Of a stretch of 64,000 bases of DNA, positions 50,331 through 59,544 are shown piece after piece. Below the pieces are notes generated by a model, which was given only the letters and a program-made list of their open reading frames with translations, ran no database searches and was not told where the DNA came from. Origin of the DNA: a bacterium (lineage in GTDB: Bacteria; JAMCPX01); assembly GCA_037439545.1 (NCBI GenBank), contig JBBIVV010000005.1, forward strand, positions 14,210 through 78,209. Reading direction: 5' to 3'. The translations under genes were made by a program, and so were the position numbers. Position 1 is the stretch's first letter. Each line of letters opens with the position of its first letter.

Positions 50331-51380
50331 ATGAAAAAATGGTTTTTCTTATCTGTTGTAATTATATTATTTTCAGCTTCTTGCAATAAAATTCTTTCTT
50401 CTCACAAGGATACGCTCATATTTTCACATAAATTGCATGTTACCGCCAATGGCATTGAGTGTCTCACCTGTCACTCGGGTATCGATACAACGACCACAAC
50501 GTCCGGCAATTTTGTACCGAAAATGGATGTGTGCTTTCAATGTCACAGCGATGCACAAAACAAGTGTACGATGTGTCATACCGACCCGGACAAGGCCATG
50601 CCTTTCCCTGTCGAAAAACGGGACATTGTATTTTCTCACCAGTCGCACCTGTCCAGAGTTAAGAATGATTGCACCTACTGCCATACACGTATATCTCTGG
50701 AAACGGCACCAGCGCCCGGCAATCTGCCCACGATGCAGGTTTGCCTGACATGCCATCAAAAAGATTATGATACACTGCAATGCTCCGGATGTCACACCTC
50801 CCTGAGCTCACTATCGATAGAAAGACTATCGCATTTCACTCACAATGCAGGGTTTAAAAACAACCATGGAGTCATTGCAAGGACCGATATAAATTCGTGC
50901 GAACAATGCCATCAACTGTCTTTCTGTGATACTTGTCACAATACAAATGCTAAGATACTTCCCTCCATTCGTTATCCGGAAGCACCCCAACAGCCCCTCA
51001 TACACAGAGGCGATTGGCTTGCGGTCCACTCAATCGATGCACAGCAGGACCCGTCCTCCTGTTACAGGTGTCACTCGGCATCGAGCTGCCGCGAGTGCCA
51101 TCTGAGAAACGGCGTCGCTGCAAATGGCTCACCAAATACCGCATCTCCCCACCCTGCCGGAACGGATTTCTTGTTTAACACGGCTTCACCTCAATTCCAT
51201 GGAAAGCTTGCGAGACAAAACATCAATACGTGTGCTTCATGCCACAGCGGAGGAGCAGATGCAGTATGCGTACAGTGTCACAAGGTCGGCGGTATTGGCG
51301 GCAATCCGCATCCGTCTGATTTCAGATCCAGCCTTAACATGAACAAGGACAAAGTATGCCTTGTCTGTCACGCTCAATAA
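50331..51380 (+). CDS. 13-heme c-type cytochrome, probable lipoprotein
   Basis: 13 CxxCH motifs counted in 349 aa, signal ending FSASC, two c7-like triheme modules (FSHxxH...PxM) and 13 additional His residues. Confidence 0.93.
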   Translation: MKKWFFLSVVIILFSASCNKILSSHKDTLIFSHKLHVTANGIECLTCHSGIDTTTTTSGNFVPKMDVCFQCHSDAQNKCTMCHTDPDKAMPFPVEKRDIVFSHQSHLSRVKNDCTYCHTRISLETAPAPGNLPTMQVCLTCHQKDYDTLQCSGCHTSLSSLSIERLSHFTHNAGFKNNHGVIARTDINSCEQCHQLSFCDTCHNTNAKILPSIRYPEAPQQPLIHRGDWLAVHSIDAQQDPSSCYRCHSASSCRECHLRNGVAANGSPNTASPHPAGTDFLFNTASPQFHGKLARQNINTCASCHSGGADAVCVQCHKVGGIGGNPHPSDFRSSLNMNKDKVCLVCHAQ

Positions 51381-51392
51381 TCAAATGCCGGT

Positions 51393-51428
51393 AAAGGGTT
51401 GGTTAAAATTAATCAACCCTTTGTTTTC
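51393..51428 (+). terminator. Intrinsic terminator-like hairpin after the cytochrome
   Basis: AAAGGGTTGGTTAA-AA-TTAATCAACCCTTT followed by GTTTT. Confidence 0.6.
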
Positions 51429-51587
51429 ATTACACGGATATTACAGACAGGACTTGTTTTTTCCGGACAGAGATATTATTATTTTTAATCCAAAGTTAAG
51501 TATATGTTGTAATTTTTACAGATTTCTCTTAAAGGAACCTGTATGTTGAATTTCATAAAGGCATTAATTAAAAAAAAAGGAGCTCAC

Positions 51588-52187
51588 ATGGTAGCCCCAA
51601 AAAAGAAAACTAAAAAAAAGAAAAAAATCGCAAAGCCGGCAGCCAGGCCGGTAAAGAAACCAACCAAAAAGATGATTCCAGTAGCTCATAAGAAACTGCG
51701 AAAGGCGGGAACGAAGATAAAAATGAAACCGAAACCGGTAAAAAATGCAGCACGTAAGCGGACAAAGCCTCATGTAGAGTATGAACAGATCCGGCAAATG
51801 CTTCTCAAAATGAGAGCAGAAATTATGGACCAGCTGACAAAGAAAAAATCTTCTCTTGAAGAAGAAAAGACCGTAGAAATAGAGGATCTTGATGCAATAG
51901 CAGAGGATAGGAACAGGGAGTATGAGTATCTGTTGACAACAATGGATACAAAAAAGCTCAAACAGATAGACGAAGCACTCGCAAAGATAGGAAACAAAAC
52001 ATACGGTATATGTGAGGAATGCGGCGAGGAAATACCTATTGCAAGATTAAAGATATTACCCTTTGCAAAGTTGTGCATTGACTGCGTTTCTAATGTAGAA
52101 AAAGAAGAGGCACTTAAACAATCGCTTGAGAGTGAAAAAGACATATTTACCACGGGCAGCAACGAGGAAGAAAGTGATATAGAATAA
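51588..52187 (+). CDS. dksA: DksA/TraR C4 zinc-finger protein with Lys-rich N-terminal extension
   Basis: IDEAL.KI..KTYGICEECGEEIP.ARL..LP.A.LCIDC zinc finger and acidic C-terminal tail. AGGAG precedes ATG 51588. Confidence 0.85.
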   Translation: MVAPKKKTKKKKKIAKPAARPVKKPTKKMIPVAHKKLRKAGTKIKMKPKPVKNAARKRTKPHVEYEQIRQMLLKMRAEIMDQLTKKKSSLEEEKTVEIEDLDAIAEDRNREYEYLLTTMDTKKLKQIDEALAKIGNKTYGICEECGEEIPIARLKILPFAKLCIDCVSNVEKEEALKQSLESEKDIFTTGSNEEESDIE

Positions 52188-52200
52188 CGCAGGGGTGATT

Positions 52201-53238
52201 TTACGGGAATAAAGGCGGTGCTGTAAGCCCCTGTTTTTCGTCGAAGCCGAGCATAATATTCATATTCTGGATTGCCTGTCCTGCAGCACCTTTCACGAGA
52301 TTATCGATCGCAGAAAACAGGATTATGGTTGCATTTTCTTTATCATAGTGCACAGCAATGTCTATGTAGTTGGAGCCTTTTACCGCATGAACATTCGGGA
52401 GGTCGGGGTATCGTAAGACCCTCACAAAAGGTTCATTCCGGTACGCCTCCAGCAGAATGGATTCAAGTTCGGCCTGACCTGTATTTTTATCCTGTGCCAC
52501 AGCATATATAGTTGTAAAAATGCCCCTGTTCATTGGAACAAGGTGGGGTACAAAGGTTACATGCGTACCCTTTGAAAACTCTGATAATTCCTGGTCTATC
52601 TCCGGAATATGCCTGTGAGCAGACGGCTTATACGCCTTAAACCCCTCATTGACTTCAGAAAAGTGCAGGTCCTGGGAAGGGGCCCTTCCTGCTCCGGTTA
52701 CACCGCTTTTTGCATCTATAATAATGTTTCTGCTTATTATTATTTTTTTCTTGAGGAGAGGTGCTATCGGTATAATTGAACCTGTGGGATAGCATCCAGG
52801 ATTGGCTATAAGTTTTGCATGTTTGATAGCATCCCTTTTCAATTCAGGCATGCCGTAAACAGCACTGTCAGCCAGTTTTTTTTCTATTTCAAAACCATAC
52901 CATTTTTTGAATACTTCCTGATTTTTTATCCTGAATGCACCGCTGAGATCGATTACAACCGTGTGGGGTTTGAGGAATTTATGGCATACCGAAGCAGACT
53001 GGTCGTGGGGCAGTGCAAGAAATACGACATCGAAGTCACGGTCATAGAGTTCACTTATTTTCTGACAGGTAAGTTTATAAACCCCGGCAAGCGACGGTAT
53101 AGCTTTATCGACAGTCTCTCCTGCGTGCCTGTCTGCACTTATTGCACTAACTTCAATGCCGCCGTGGCTGTATAAGAATCTTAATAATTCTATGCCAGAG
53201 TAACCAGTTGCACCTAATACGGCTACCCTTTTCATCAT
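52201..53238 (-). CDS. argC: N-acetyl-gamma-glutamyl-phosphate reductase
   Basis: GATGYSG, FLALPH, IDLSG.FR, IANPGCYPT, SGVTGAG, HRHIPEI and DNLVKGAAGQAIQN motifs. Confidence 0.96.
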   Translation of the reverse strand: MMKRVAVLGATGYSGIELLRFLYSHGGIEVSAISADRHAGETVDKAIPSLAGVYKLTCQKISELYDRDFDVVFLALPHDQSASVCHKFLKPHTVVIDLSGAFRIKNQEVFKKWYGFEIEKKLADSAVYGMPELKRDAIKHAKLIANPGCYPTGSIIPIAPLLKKKIIISRNIIIDAKSGVTGAGRAPSQDLHFSEVNEGFKAYKPSAHRHIPEIDQELSEFSKGTHVTFVPHLVPMNRGIFTTIYAVAQDKNTGQAELESILLEAYRNEPFVRVLRYPDLPNVHAVKGSNYIDIAVHYDKENATIILFSAIDNLVKGAAGQAIQNMNIMLGFDEKQGLTAPPLFP

Positions 53239-53630
53239 TATCTCTTTGAATACTGGAAGCGCTTTCTTGCGGCTTTCCTGCCGTATTTCTTTCTTTCCTT
53301 CATTCGCGGGTCTCTCGTGATCAAGCCTGCTTTTTTGAGTTCTGCCCTCAGATCGCCATTGAAGGCTATCAGTGCTTTCGTAATACCATGTGAAAAAGCC
53401 TGAGCCTGAGAAGACCAGCCGCCTCCGATAATATTTGCGACTACATCGAATTTTTTTTCTGTACTCGTCAGTTTGAATGGTTTTAATATATTTTCCCTCA
53501 TGGTCAATACGGGAAAATATGCTTCCAAAGATTTTTTATTTATAACTATCTCACCAGAGCCCGGTCTGAGCCATACCCTTGCCGTGGCTGTTTTTCTTTT
53601 ACCAACGCCGTGAAAGAGAAGTTCTGTCAT
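53238..53630 (-). CDS. rpsI: 30S ribosomal protein S9
   Basis: G.GKRK...ARV and [22 protein letters not shown] motifs. Confidence 0.97.
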   Translation of the reverse strand: MTELLFHGVGKRKTATARVWLRPGSGEIVINKKSLEAYFPVLTMRENILKPFKLTSTEKKFDVVANIIGGGWSSQAQAFSHGITKALIAFNGDLRAELKKAGLITRDPRMKERKKYGRKAARKRFQYSKR

Positions 53631-54076
53631 TTATTTGCCTCCGGATTATCTTTTTTGAGTTTGACGACCAATTGTGCAGCATGAGGGTGTTCGGCACCAG
53701 GGTATACCTTCAGTTTCGTTAAAAGCCTGTCGGCAAGTCTGTTCTTGGGCAGCATGCCTTTTACCGCATGCAGTATTACTTTTTCCGGCAGTCTTTTTAA
53801 CAGATCTCCTGCACGCTCGCTTTTTAAACCACCGGGATACAGTGTGTGATGGTAATATCTTTTCTGTTCCACTTTGTTGCCGGTGAGCTTTATCTTCGCA
53901 GCATTTATCACTACTATAAAATCACCGGAATCAACCGCAGGGGTGTAGCTCGGCTTATCTTTTCCACGCAGCATTGTGGCTATGCGGGTAGCAAGTCTGC
54001 CCAAAACAGCACCGTTTGCATCTATCAAATGCCATGATTGTTTAATATTTTCTTTTTTTGCCAAATAGGTTTTCAT
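53627..54076 (-). CDS. rplM: 50S ribosomal protein L13
   Basis: W..IDA...[29 protein letters not shown] and HPHAAQ motifs. Confidence 0.97.
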   Translation of the reverse strand: MKTYLAKKENIKQSWHLIDANGAVLGRLATRIATMLRGKDKPSYTPAVDSGDFIVVINAAKIKLTGNKVEQKRYYHHTLYPGGLKSERAGDLLKRLPEKVILHAVKGMLPKNRLADRLLTKLKVYPGAEHPHAAQLVVKLKKDNPEANK

Positions 54077-54188
54077 ATATTTTTCCTTATCCGTTTACAT
54101 TTATACACCAAAGAGCATCTGTATGGTAAATTATTTATATATAGCTGAAAAATTAAAAGTCAAGCAAACTTATGCATCATATCCCGAA

Positions 54189-57100
54189 TCAATACAGGTA
54201 GGTAGTGTAGACTTTTCTCGTCCTTGCTGTTTTATCCATTAGTGTATCTAAAAATTCTTTCCCGGAATCCTGGCCTTTAAATCCCATCCTCATTGCTATC
54301 GGATAAAGGTCCTTTTCATTCCTGGAGATTTTTTCCACTGAAAAATCCCTGTCTATCCTCATCCTGTTTTCGATCTTCCTTAAAAACATATAACCGTCTT
54401 TCAGCTTATCCATATCTTTTTTGCTTATGTATCCTTTTTCCATAAGAACTTCCAGGGCAAGAAAAGTATTTTTTTCGTATAGAGCAGGGTCCTCACCACC
54501 GTAAAGCAGTTCAAGGTATTGAACGATAAACTCAATATCTATCAAACCGCCTATACCTTTTTTAAAGTTAAACTGAGCCGTATCATTCTCAATACTTTTC
54601 TCAAGCCGTACGCGCATTTCGTGTATTTGTTTCCTTAACGAGTCATCCTTTTTAACGGAAGCGAGCACATCGTTGATTGCCAGAAAGACCCTGTCCACTA
54701 ATTTTTGGGGGCCATACACGACCCTTGCTTTTAACAATGCCTGCTTTTCCCAAAGCATTGAGCTTTCCTTGTGGTACTGCATGAATGAATCAATGTGCGC
54801 AACGAGCGGCCCAAGATTGCCGGAGGGCCTGAGTCTTGTATCTATATTGTAAGCGTATCCGCTTTCCGTCGAAACGCTTATCGCCGTGATGAACCTCTGG
54901 ACGACCTTTGAAAAGTATTCCTGTGCGGACATCTGCTTCGTTGTTTGCTTATCGCTGCTATAAATAAAAATGAGGTCAAGGTCGGAGTTGTAGTTCAGTT
55001 CCTTGCTCCCGAGCTTCCCCATACCGATAACCGCAATGCCGTTATCTTCTATGCCGGGGAGCGTACCATAAACGGGTTCAAGTTCCTCTATGACAAACTT
55101 GAGCGTTATATTTATAATCACATCGGCAAGTACGCTCAACTGCTCGGACACTTCGACGATGTTCAGATCTCCGTTGATATCGTTTATACCCACTCTTAAT
55201 GTTTCTTTGATTTTAAATTCCCTGATCAAACGCAGCTTGTCCTCGTAATCCGTGAGCTGGTGGTATGCTTCAGAAAGCTCGTCATACATTTCCTGGTATG
55301 TCCGTTCAAGGGAAACATAGCGTGCAAGTACCAGTGAATCCAAATACTCCGGATAATTTATGAGCAAGTGTGACAGGTAATCGGACATACTGAAAAACTG
55401 TATAAGTGTTGCGAGGGTTTTTGGATTTTCCTTGAGCAGTGAAAAGAATATTCCCCGTGCTCCAATCTTTTTCATAAACTCTACGAGATGTTCGAGCGCT
55501 GCATCAGGATCTACCGTTTCGGAAGCACCCTTCAAGAAAACGGGCGCAAGCCAGTTAAAAATACGTTTTGTCCGTTCGCTGTAGCGGGTATTCGGTATAC
55601 CGTTTTTTAATAACTTCATGTATTCGAGTATCCTGTCGATGTCCCTGAATCCTATTGCCGAGAGCTTTAGCCTAATTGTTCCTTCGGGAATACCTTGCAT
55701 GAATAATTGAACAATATCTTCAGGCCTCTGGGTTTCAATTATTTTTTCCTGTTCATAAAACAACGCCTGAAAGAAGCTGTGCACAATATCTTTTGCCTGA
55801 GAAAGACGTACAGATGCCCTGTTGTGCGCATCCGGGGCAAGCCTTTCCTCCGGCGTTACTATACCCCTGAGAACCCTCCGCTCATCCCTTTTATCCGATG
55901 GCATTCTGTGGGTCTGCAGCATCTGGTACTGCTGGATCCTGTGTTCCAAAGTTCTGAGAATGATGTATGCTTGTTTGAGTTTTTCGGCATCATCCGGCTT
56001 CAGCATACTGAATCGGTTCAGCGCGTTGATAGCCTCCAAAGATGATCTTACCCTCAAACCTTTTTCTTTTCCTCCCCTGATTAACTGCATGACCTGAATG
56101 GCAAATTCCAGCTCCCGTATGCCGCCTTCTCCGAGTTTTACATCCCATGTCTGCTCCAGGCCTTTAATCAGGGAGAGCTGGATGCGCTGTTTAATGTCCT
56201 TGAGTGCGTCTATGGTAGAAAAATCCAGATACCTTCTGAAGACAAACGGCTGTATTCCATCGAGAAACGCAGACGAAACCTTTTCATCCCCTGCACAATG
56301 CGATGCTTTTATAAGCGCAAGCCTTTCCCAAGTTTCTCCCCATGACTCATAATATGTCAGCATCCGTGAAAGCGAGGGGACAAGCATGCCCTGTTTACCA
56401 TCGGGTCTTAGACCCAGGTCTATCCTGTAGATAATGCCGTCGGCCATCTGGGCAGAAAGCAGGGATGTTAACTGCTCTGCAAACCTCGTTATCTTCTGCA
56501 CGCCCATATCCTCGTACAGACGATCGGATGCAGTATAAATGATATCTATATCCGAAGAGTAATTGAGCTCATCGGCACCGAGCTTGCCCATACCGATGAT
56601 CGAAAACCCCTCTGAAATGTCTATCTGCATTACGGATGACATATACTGGACCGAAAATTTCAATACTGCCATGGCCAGGGATGATATGCGGCGGGCTGTC
56701 GACTGAAAACCCGTCAATCCGGAAACATCTTCGAGTGCAATCAAGGCGATAAGTTTGTTCTTTAACTGCCTGAGCCTTGACACCACGCTTTCATCATAAG
56801 GCATGGTTGAAAAGGAATTCAGATATGATTCTTCCGACAGCGGCAGTGCTGAGGGTATATCTTTATATTTTATCATATACCCCGCCAGCAACGGGCTTGC
56901 ACCGGACAACTGTATTATATCCGGCACTATTTCTTTTGCAACAGGCAGCTCGTTCAGCAAATAGGTCTGACTAAACGCAACAGCGTCGAGTTCGTCTGGT
57001 GCCGCTAAAATTGCGGCGACGAATGCATCCATGGGTATGTGCTTGCTTATGCCGAAGGCAGTATCTATAAGTTTTGAGATCCATTCCGGAGACATAAGGG

Positions 57101-57197
57101 CAACATCAAAACCCCTCTCTGTCATAGCATTTCTTATGCTATTCTGGTTTTTATCTTTTATTGCTTTGAGCAGTATATCTGTCTGGCTGTTATCCAT
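54189..57197 (-). CDS. glnE: Bifunctional glutamine synthetase adenylyltransferase/deadenylase
   Basis: Two nucleotidyltransferase domains (GMGKLG..ELNY.SD.D), RLRP.G, WER.A..KA and KLG.GGIRE.EF / GGL.DIEF. Confidence 0.93.
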   Translation of the reverse strand: MDNSQTDILLKAIKDKNQNSIRNAMTERGFDVALMSPEWISKLIDTAFGISKHIPMDAFVAAILAAPDELDAVAFSQTYLLNELPVAKEIVPDIIQLSGASPLLAGYMIKYKDIPSALPLSEESYLNSFSTMPYDESVVSRLRQLKNKLIALIALEDVSGLTGFQSTARRISSLAMAVLKFSVQYMSSVMQIDISEGFSIIGMGKLGADELNYSSDIDIIYTASDRLYEDMGVQKITRFAEQLTSLLSAQMADGIIYRIDLGLRPDGKQGMLVPSLSRMLTYYESWGETWERLALIKASHCAGDEKVSSAFLDGIQPFVFRRYLDFSTIDALKDIKQRIQLSLIKGLEQTWDVKLGEGGIRELEFAIQVMQLIRGGKEKGLRVRSSLEAINALNRFSMLKPDDAEKLKQAYIILRTLEHRIQQYQMLQTHRMPSDKRDERRVLRGIVTPEERLAPDAHNRASVRLSQAKDIVHSFFQALFYEQEKIIETQRPEDIVQLFMQGIPEGTIRLKLSAIGFRDIDRILEYMKLLKNGIPNTRYSERTKRIFNWLAPVFLKGASETVDPDAALEHLVEFMKKIGARGIFFSLLKENPKTLATLIQFFSMSDYLSHLLINYPEYLDSLVLARYVSLERTYQEMYDELSEAYHQLTDYEDKLRLIREFKIKETLRVGINDINGDLNIVEVSEQLSVLADVIINITLKFVIEELEPVYGTLPGIEDNGIAVIGMGKLGSKELNYNSDLDLIFIYSSDKQTTKQMSAQEYFSKVVQRFITAISVSTESGYAYNIDTRLRPSGNLGPLVAHIDSFMQYHKESSMLWEKQALLKARVVYGPQKLVDRVFLAINDVLASVKKDDSLRKQIHEMRVRLEKSIENDTAQFNFKKGIGGLIDIEFIVQYLELLYGGEDPALYEKNTFLALEVLMEKGYISKKDMDKLKDGYMFLRKIENRMRIDRDFSVEKISRNEKDLYPIAMRMGFKGQDSGKEFLDTLMDKTARTRKVYTTYLY

Positions 57198-57306
57198 ACT
57201 TCTTTCCGGTATTTCAGTTCAAGCCTATCCTATTTAATATTAGGATATACCCCGTATGACTATACAATATCAAGATTTATTATAAGAAATGCCGGTTAAT
57301 AATAAG

Positions 57307-57330
57307 CGGGGCATATTGGAATATGCCCCG
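57307..57330. repeat. REP-like palindrome GGGC-N12-GCCC (copy 3)
   Basis: CGGGGCATATT-GG-AATATGCCCCG, perfect 11-bp arms. Confidence 0.7.
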
Positions 57331-57363
57331 GTCTCACCCTATTACCCGAAGAAATCTTCGTTC

Positions 57364-58161
57364 TCAGTGCATCATCATGCTGTGCTCGCCCATAAAAAAT
57401 TGCTGGATGTTGTCAATCTTTTTATAATCCGACGGTACTGCAAAGAGGCTGTCCGGGATCGCTGTTTTCTTAATACTACCGACCGTTACGCTTACATTGT
57501 TCTGAAAAACCTGCTTTACAGGATAACCGCTTTTAAACAGATCGATATATGCCTTTGATAGGCCAACCTCGCCTTCCGTTGCACCGCCCATTTTCGTCTT
57601 GCGGAGCTTTGCATTGAATGCCTGAAGTTTTTCAGGATTTATTTCGCTTGATATCTTAAATCCCTTTGCAAGCCAGAGTTCTTCGAACAGCTTGCCGTTT
57701 GCATTGACAATAAATTTCTCTGCCTTATACCCTGCTATCTCCTGTGTCTGCCCGGTCTTTTGCACGCTGACTTTTACCGGTCCTTGCTTCGCGCCCAGGC
57801 CATGCATCTCCATAATCTGTTTCCGCTCTGCTTCCGGCATTTTCTTCAGCACCTCGTTCATCCTTTTCATCGAACTTGCCTGGAGGTCCTGCATTGCCTT
57901 TATGTATTCCTCAGGGGTGCCCTCCCAGTATGTCTTATCTTTTCCGTTTGCCACAATGACCTTGTTGGCGGCAAAATTGATGATCATCTGTTCGGACCCG
58001 TTATCCGTTTTGTATTTATTTTTTGACAGAAGCGTTTTGCTTTGAGTTGAGCCGTGCATACTTGACGAAGACTGGGTTATCTCATACCCCGCAAACACCC
58101 ATGACGGGATAAGCATAATAAACAACATAACAACCGTTATACCCGTTATACCCTTTTTCAT
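57364..58161 (-). CDS. Secreted DUF4412-like (LolA-like fold) protein
   Basis: Signal peptide ending VFA, KTG....IAGY.A.KF, ELW and IPDSLFAVPSDYKK motifs. AAAGGAG RBS. Confidence 0.75.
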   Translation of the reverse strand: MKKGITGITVVMLFIMLIPSWVFAGYEITQSSSSMHGSTQSKTLLSKNKYKTDNGSEQMIINFAANKVIVANGKDKTYWEGTPEEYIKAMQDLQASSMKRMNEVLKKMPEAERKQIMEMHGLGAKQGPVKVSVQKTGQTQEIAGYKAEKFIVNANGKLFEELWLAKGFKISSEINPEKLQAFNAKLRKTKMGGATEGEVGLSKAYIDLFKSGYPVKQVFQNNVSVTVGSIKKTAIPDSLFAVPSDYKKIDNIQQFFMGEHSMMMH

Positions 58162-58190
58162 GAACATCTCCTTTATTGATTTTTATTCCT

Positions 58191-58220
58191 TGGAAGGGCG
58201 TTAAATTTAACGCCCTTCCA
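58191..58220. repeat. REP-like palindrome GGGC-N12-GCCC (copy 4)
   Basis: TGGAAGGGCGTTAAATTTAACGCCCTTCCA, a perfect 30-bp palindrome. Confidence 0.7.
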
Positions 58221-58271
58221 TTTCATACCTCACTATTCTTTATAGTGTGTACAGGCGGTGTAGTTCAGTAA

Positions 58272-58703
58272 TCAGAACGGCACATCATCGTCCGGTCCGG
58301 CATGGGGTTCTTCATTCATTGCCGGGTCTGCTGGCGGCTCTGTATAGTCATCCTGACTCACTGTTCCTGCATTGGCCGGTCCGAGCATCTGCAGGGCAAA
58401 TGCCACGATCTCGGTCATACTATGCTTCTGATTATTGTTGTCTTCCCATTGCCGTGTCTTGAGCTTCCCCTCGATGTATACCTGCTTGCCCTTATGAAGG
58501 TACTTTCCTGCAATGTCCGCAAGTTTACCAAAAGCAGTAATCCTGTGCCATTCTGTCTGCTTCACCCTTTCACCTGCTTTGTTGGTGTAGTTCTCCGTGG
58601 TTGCAAGTGAGAATGACGCCACGTTCTGTCCGCTGGGCAGCTGGCGTATCTCGGGATCCTTACCAAGGTTTCCGATTAAAATCACTTTATTAACATATCC
58701 CAT
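58272..58703 (-). CDS. ssb: Single-stranded DNA-binding protein
   Basis: [31 protein letters not shown] and DDDVPF tail. Confidence 0.97.
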   Translation of the reverse strand: MGYVNKVILIGNLGKDPEIRQLPSGQNVASFSLATTENYTNKAGERVKQTEWHRITAFGKLADIAGKYLHKGKQVYIEGKLKTRQWEDNNNQKHSMTEIVAFALQMLGPANAGTVSQDDYTEPPADPAMNEEPHAGPDDDVPF

Positions 58704-58719
58704 AAAACCTCCTTTGTGC

Positions 58720-59544
58720 TTATCTTGTAAAATACATTATAATCAGAAAACTTCCGAATAATATACGATACCATACAAAGGGAACAAAGCTATGCTTCCT
58801 TAAGTATTTTAGCAAAAAACCAATTACGACATAACTTACAAGGGCAGATCCTACGATTCCCCACAGAAAAGGCTTGAGCTCTGATGCAGGAAAATGATGT
58901 ATCAGTTTATGAAGTTTTAACAGCGATGCACCAAGCAGTATGGGCATTGCGAGGAGGAAAGAAAAATGTGCGGATGTCTCACGATCGAGTCCGAGAAAGA
59001 GAGCAGCCGTCATTGTAATGCCGGACCTTGAGACCCCGGGGACCAGCGCCAAAGCCTGTGCTGTTCCTACTATAATACTGTCTTTCAGATTTATCTGTTC
59101 GTAATCCCGTGTATTCGAACGTGCTGCCCTGTCGGCAAAATAAAGAACACTACCGAAAACAATCATCGCAATTCCTACATTCAGCGGATTCCTCAATATC
59201 TCTTTTACTTGTTTCTGAAAAAGATAACCGAAAAATGATCCCGGTATCGTAGCTATGATGACATACCAGACGAGTCTTCTGTTAAAATTATTATACAGAT
59301 GTTTTTCTTTGATTCCGGTCACAAACACTTTCACAAGCGTATACCATTCTTCCCAGAAAAAGCTCAGCAGGGCAAGCACAGTGCCGAGTTGTAATGCTAC
59401 CTGAAAGGTCAGACTGTTCAAGAAAGCGTTATCCCATTTTAACAGCCAGGGGAAGACTATTAAATGCGACCAGCTGCTTACAGGGAGAAATGCCGTAAGA
59501 CCCTGAACGACTCCGAGTATAAAGGCTTCAATCGATTGTGTCAT
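58720..59544 (-). CDS. uppP: Undecaprenyl-diphosphate phosphatase (BacA/UppP) homolog with altered catalytic motif
   Basis: [15 protein letters not shown] (canonical E/QGLTEFLP.SS.GH), LGT, ATIP, AQ.LAL.PGVSRSG.T, FSFLL.MP and F..F.WYR. Confidence 0.85.
   Translation of the reverse strand: MTQSIEAFILGVVQGLTAFLPVSSWSHLIVFPWLLKWDNAFLNSLTFQVALQLGTVLALLSFFWEEWYTLVKVFVTGIKEKHLYNNFNRRLVWYVIIATIPGSFFGYLFQKQVKEILRNPLNVGIAMIVFGSVLYFADRAARSNTRDYEQINLKDSIIVGTAQALALVPGVSRSGITMTAALFLGLDRETSAHFSFLLAMPILLGASLLKLHKLIHHFPASELKPFLWGIVGSALVSYVVIGFLLKYLRKHSFVPFVWYRILFGSFLIIMYFTR

Noticed and set aside
58254..58324. tRNA-like sequence GGCGGTGTAGTTCAGTAATCAGAAC...CATTGCCG with a plausible acceptor stem and D-arm
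   Set aside because: No anticodon stem or TTCRA T-arm can be formed. Most of it is the antisense of the conserved ssb C-terminus (DDDVPF-stop), which explains the TCAGAAC. tRNAscan-SE or ARAGORN would settle it.
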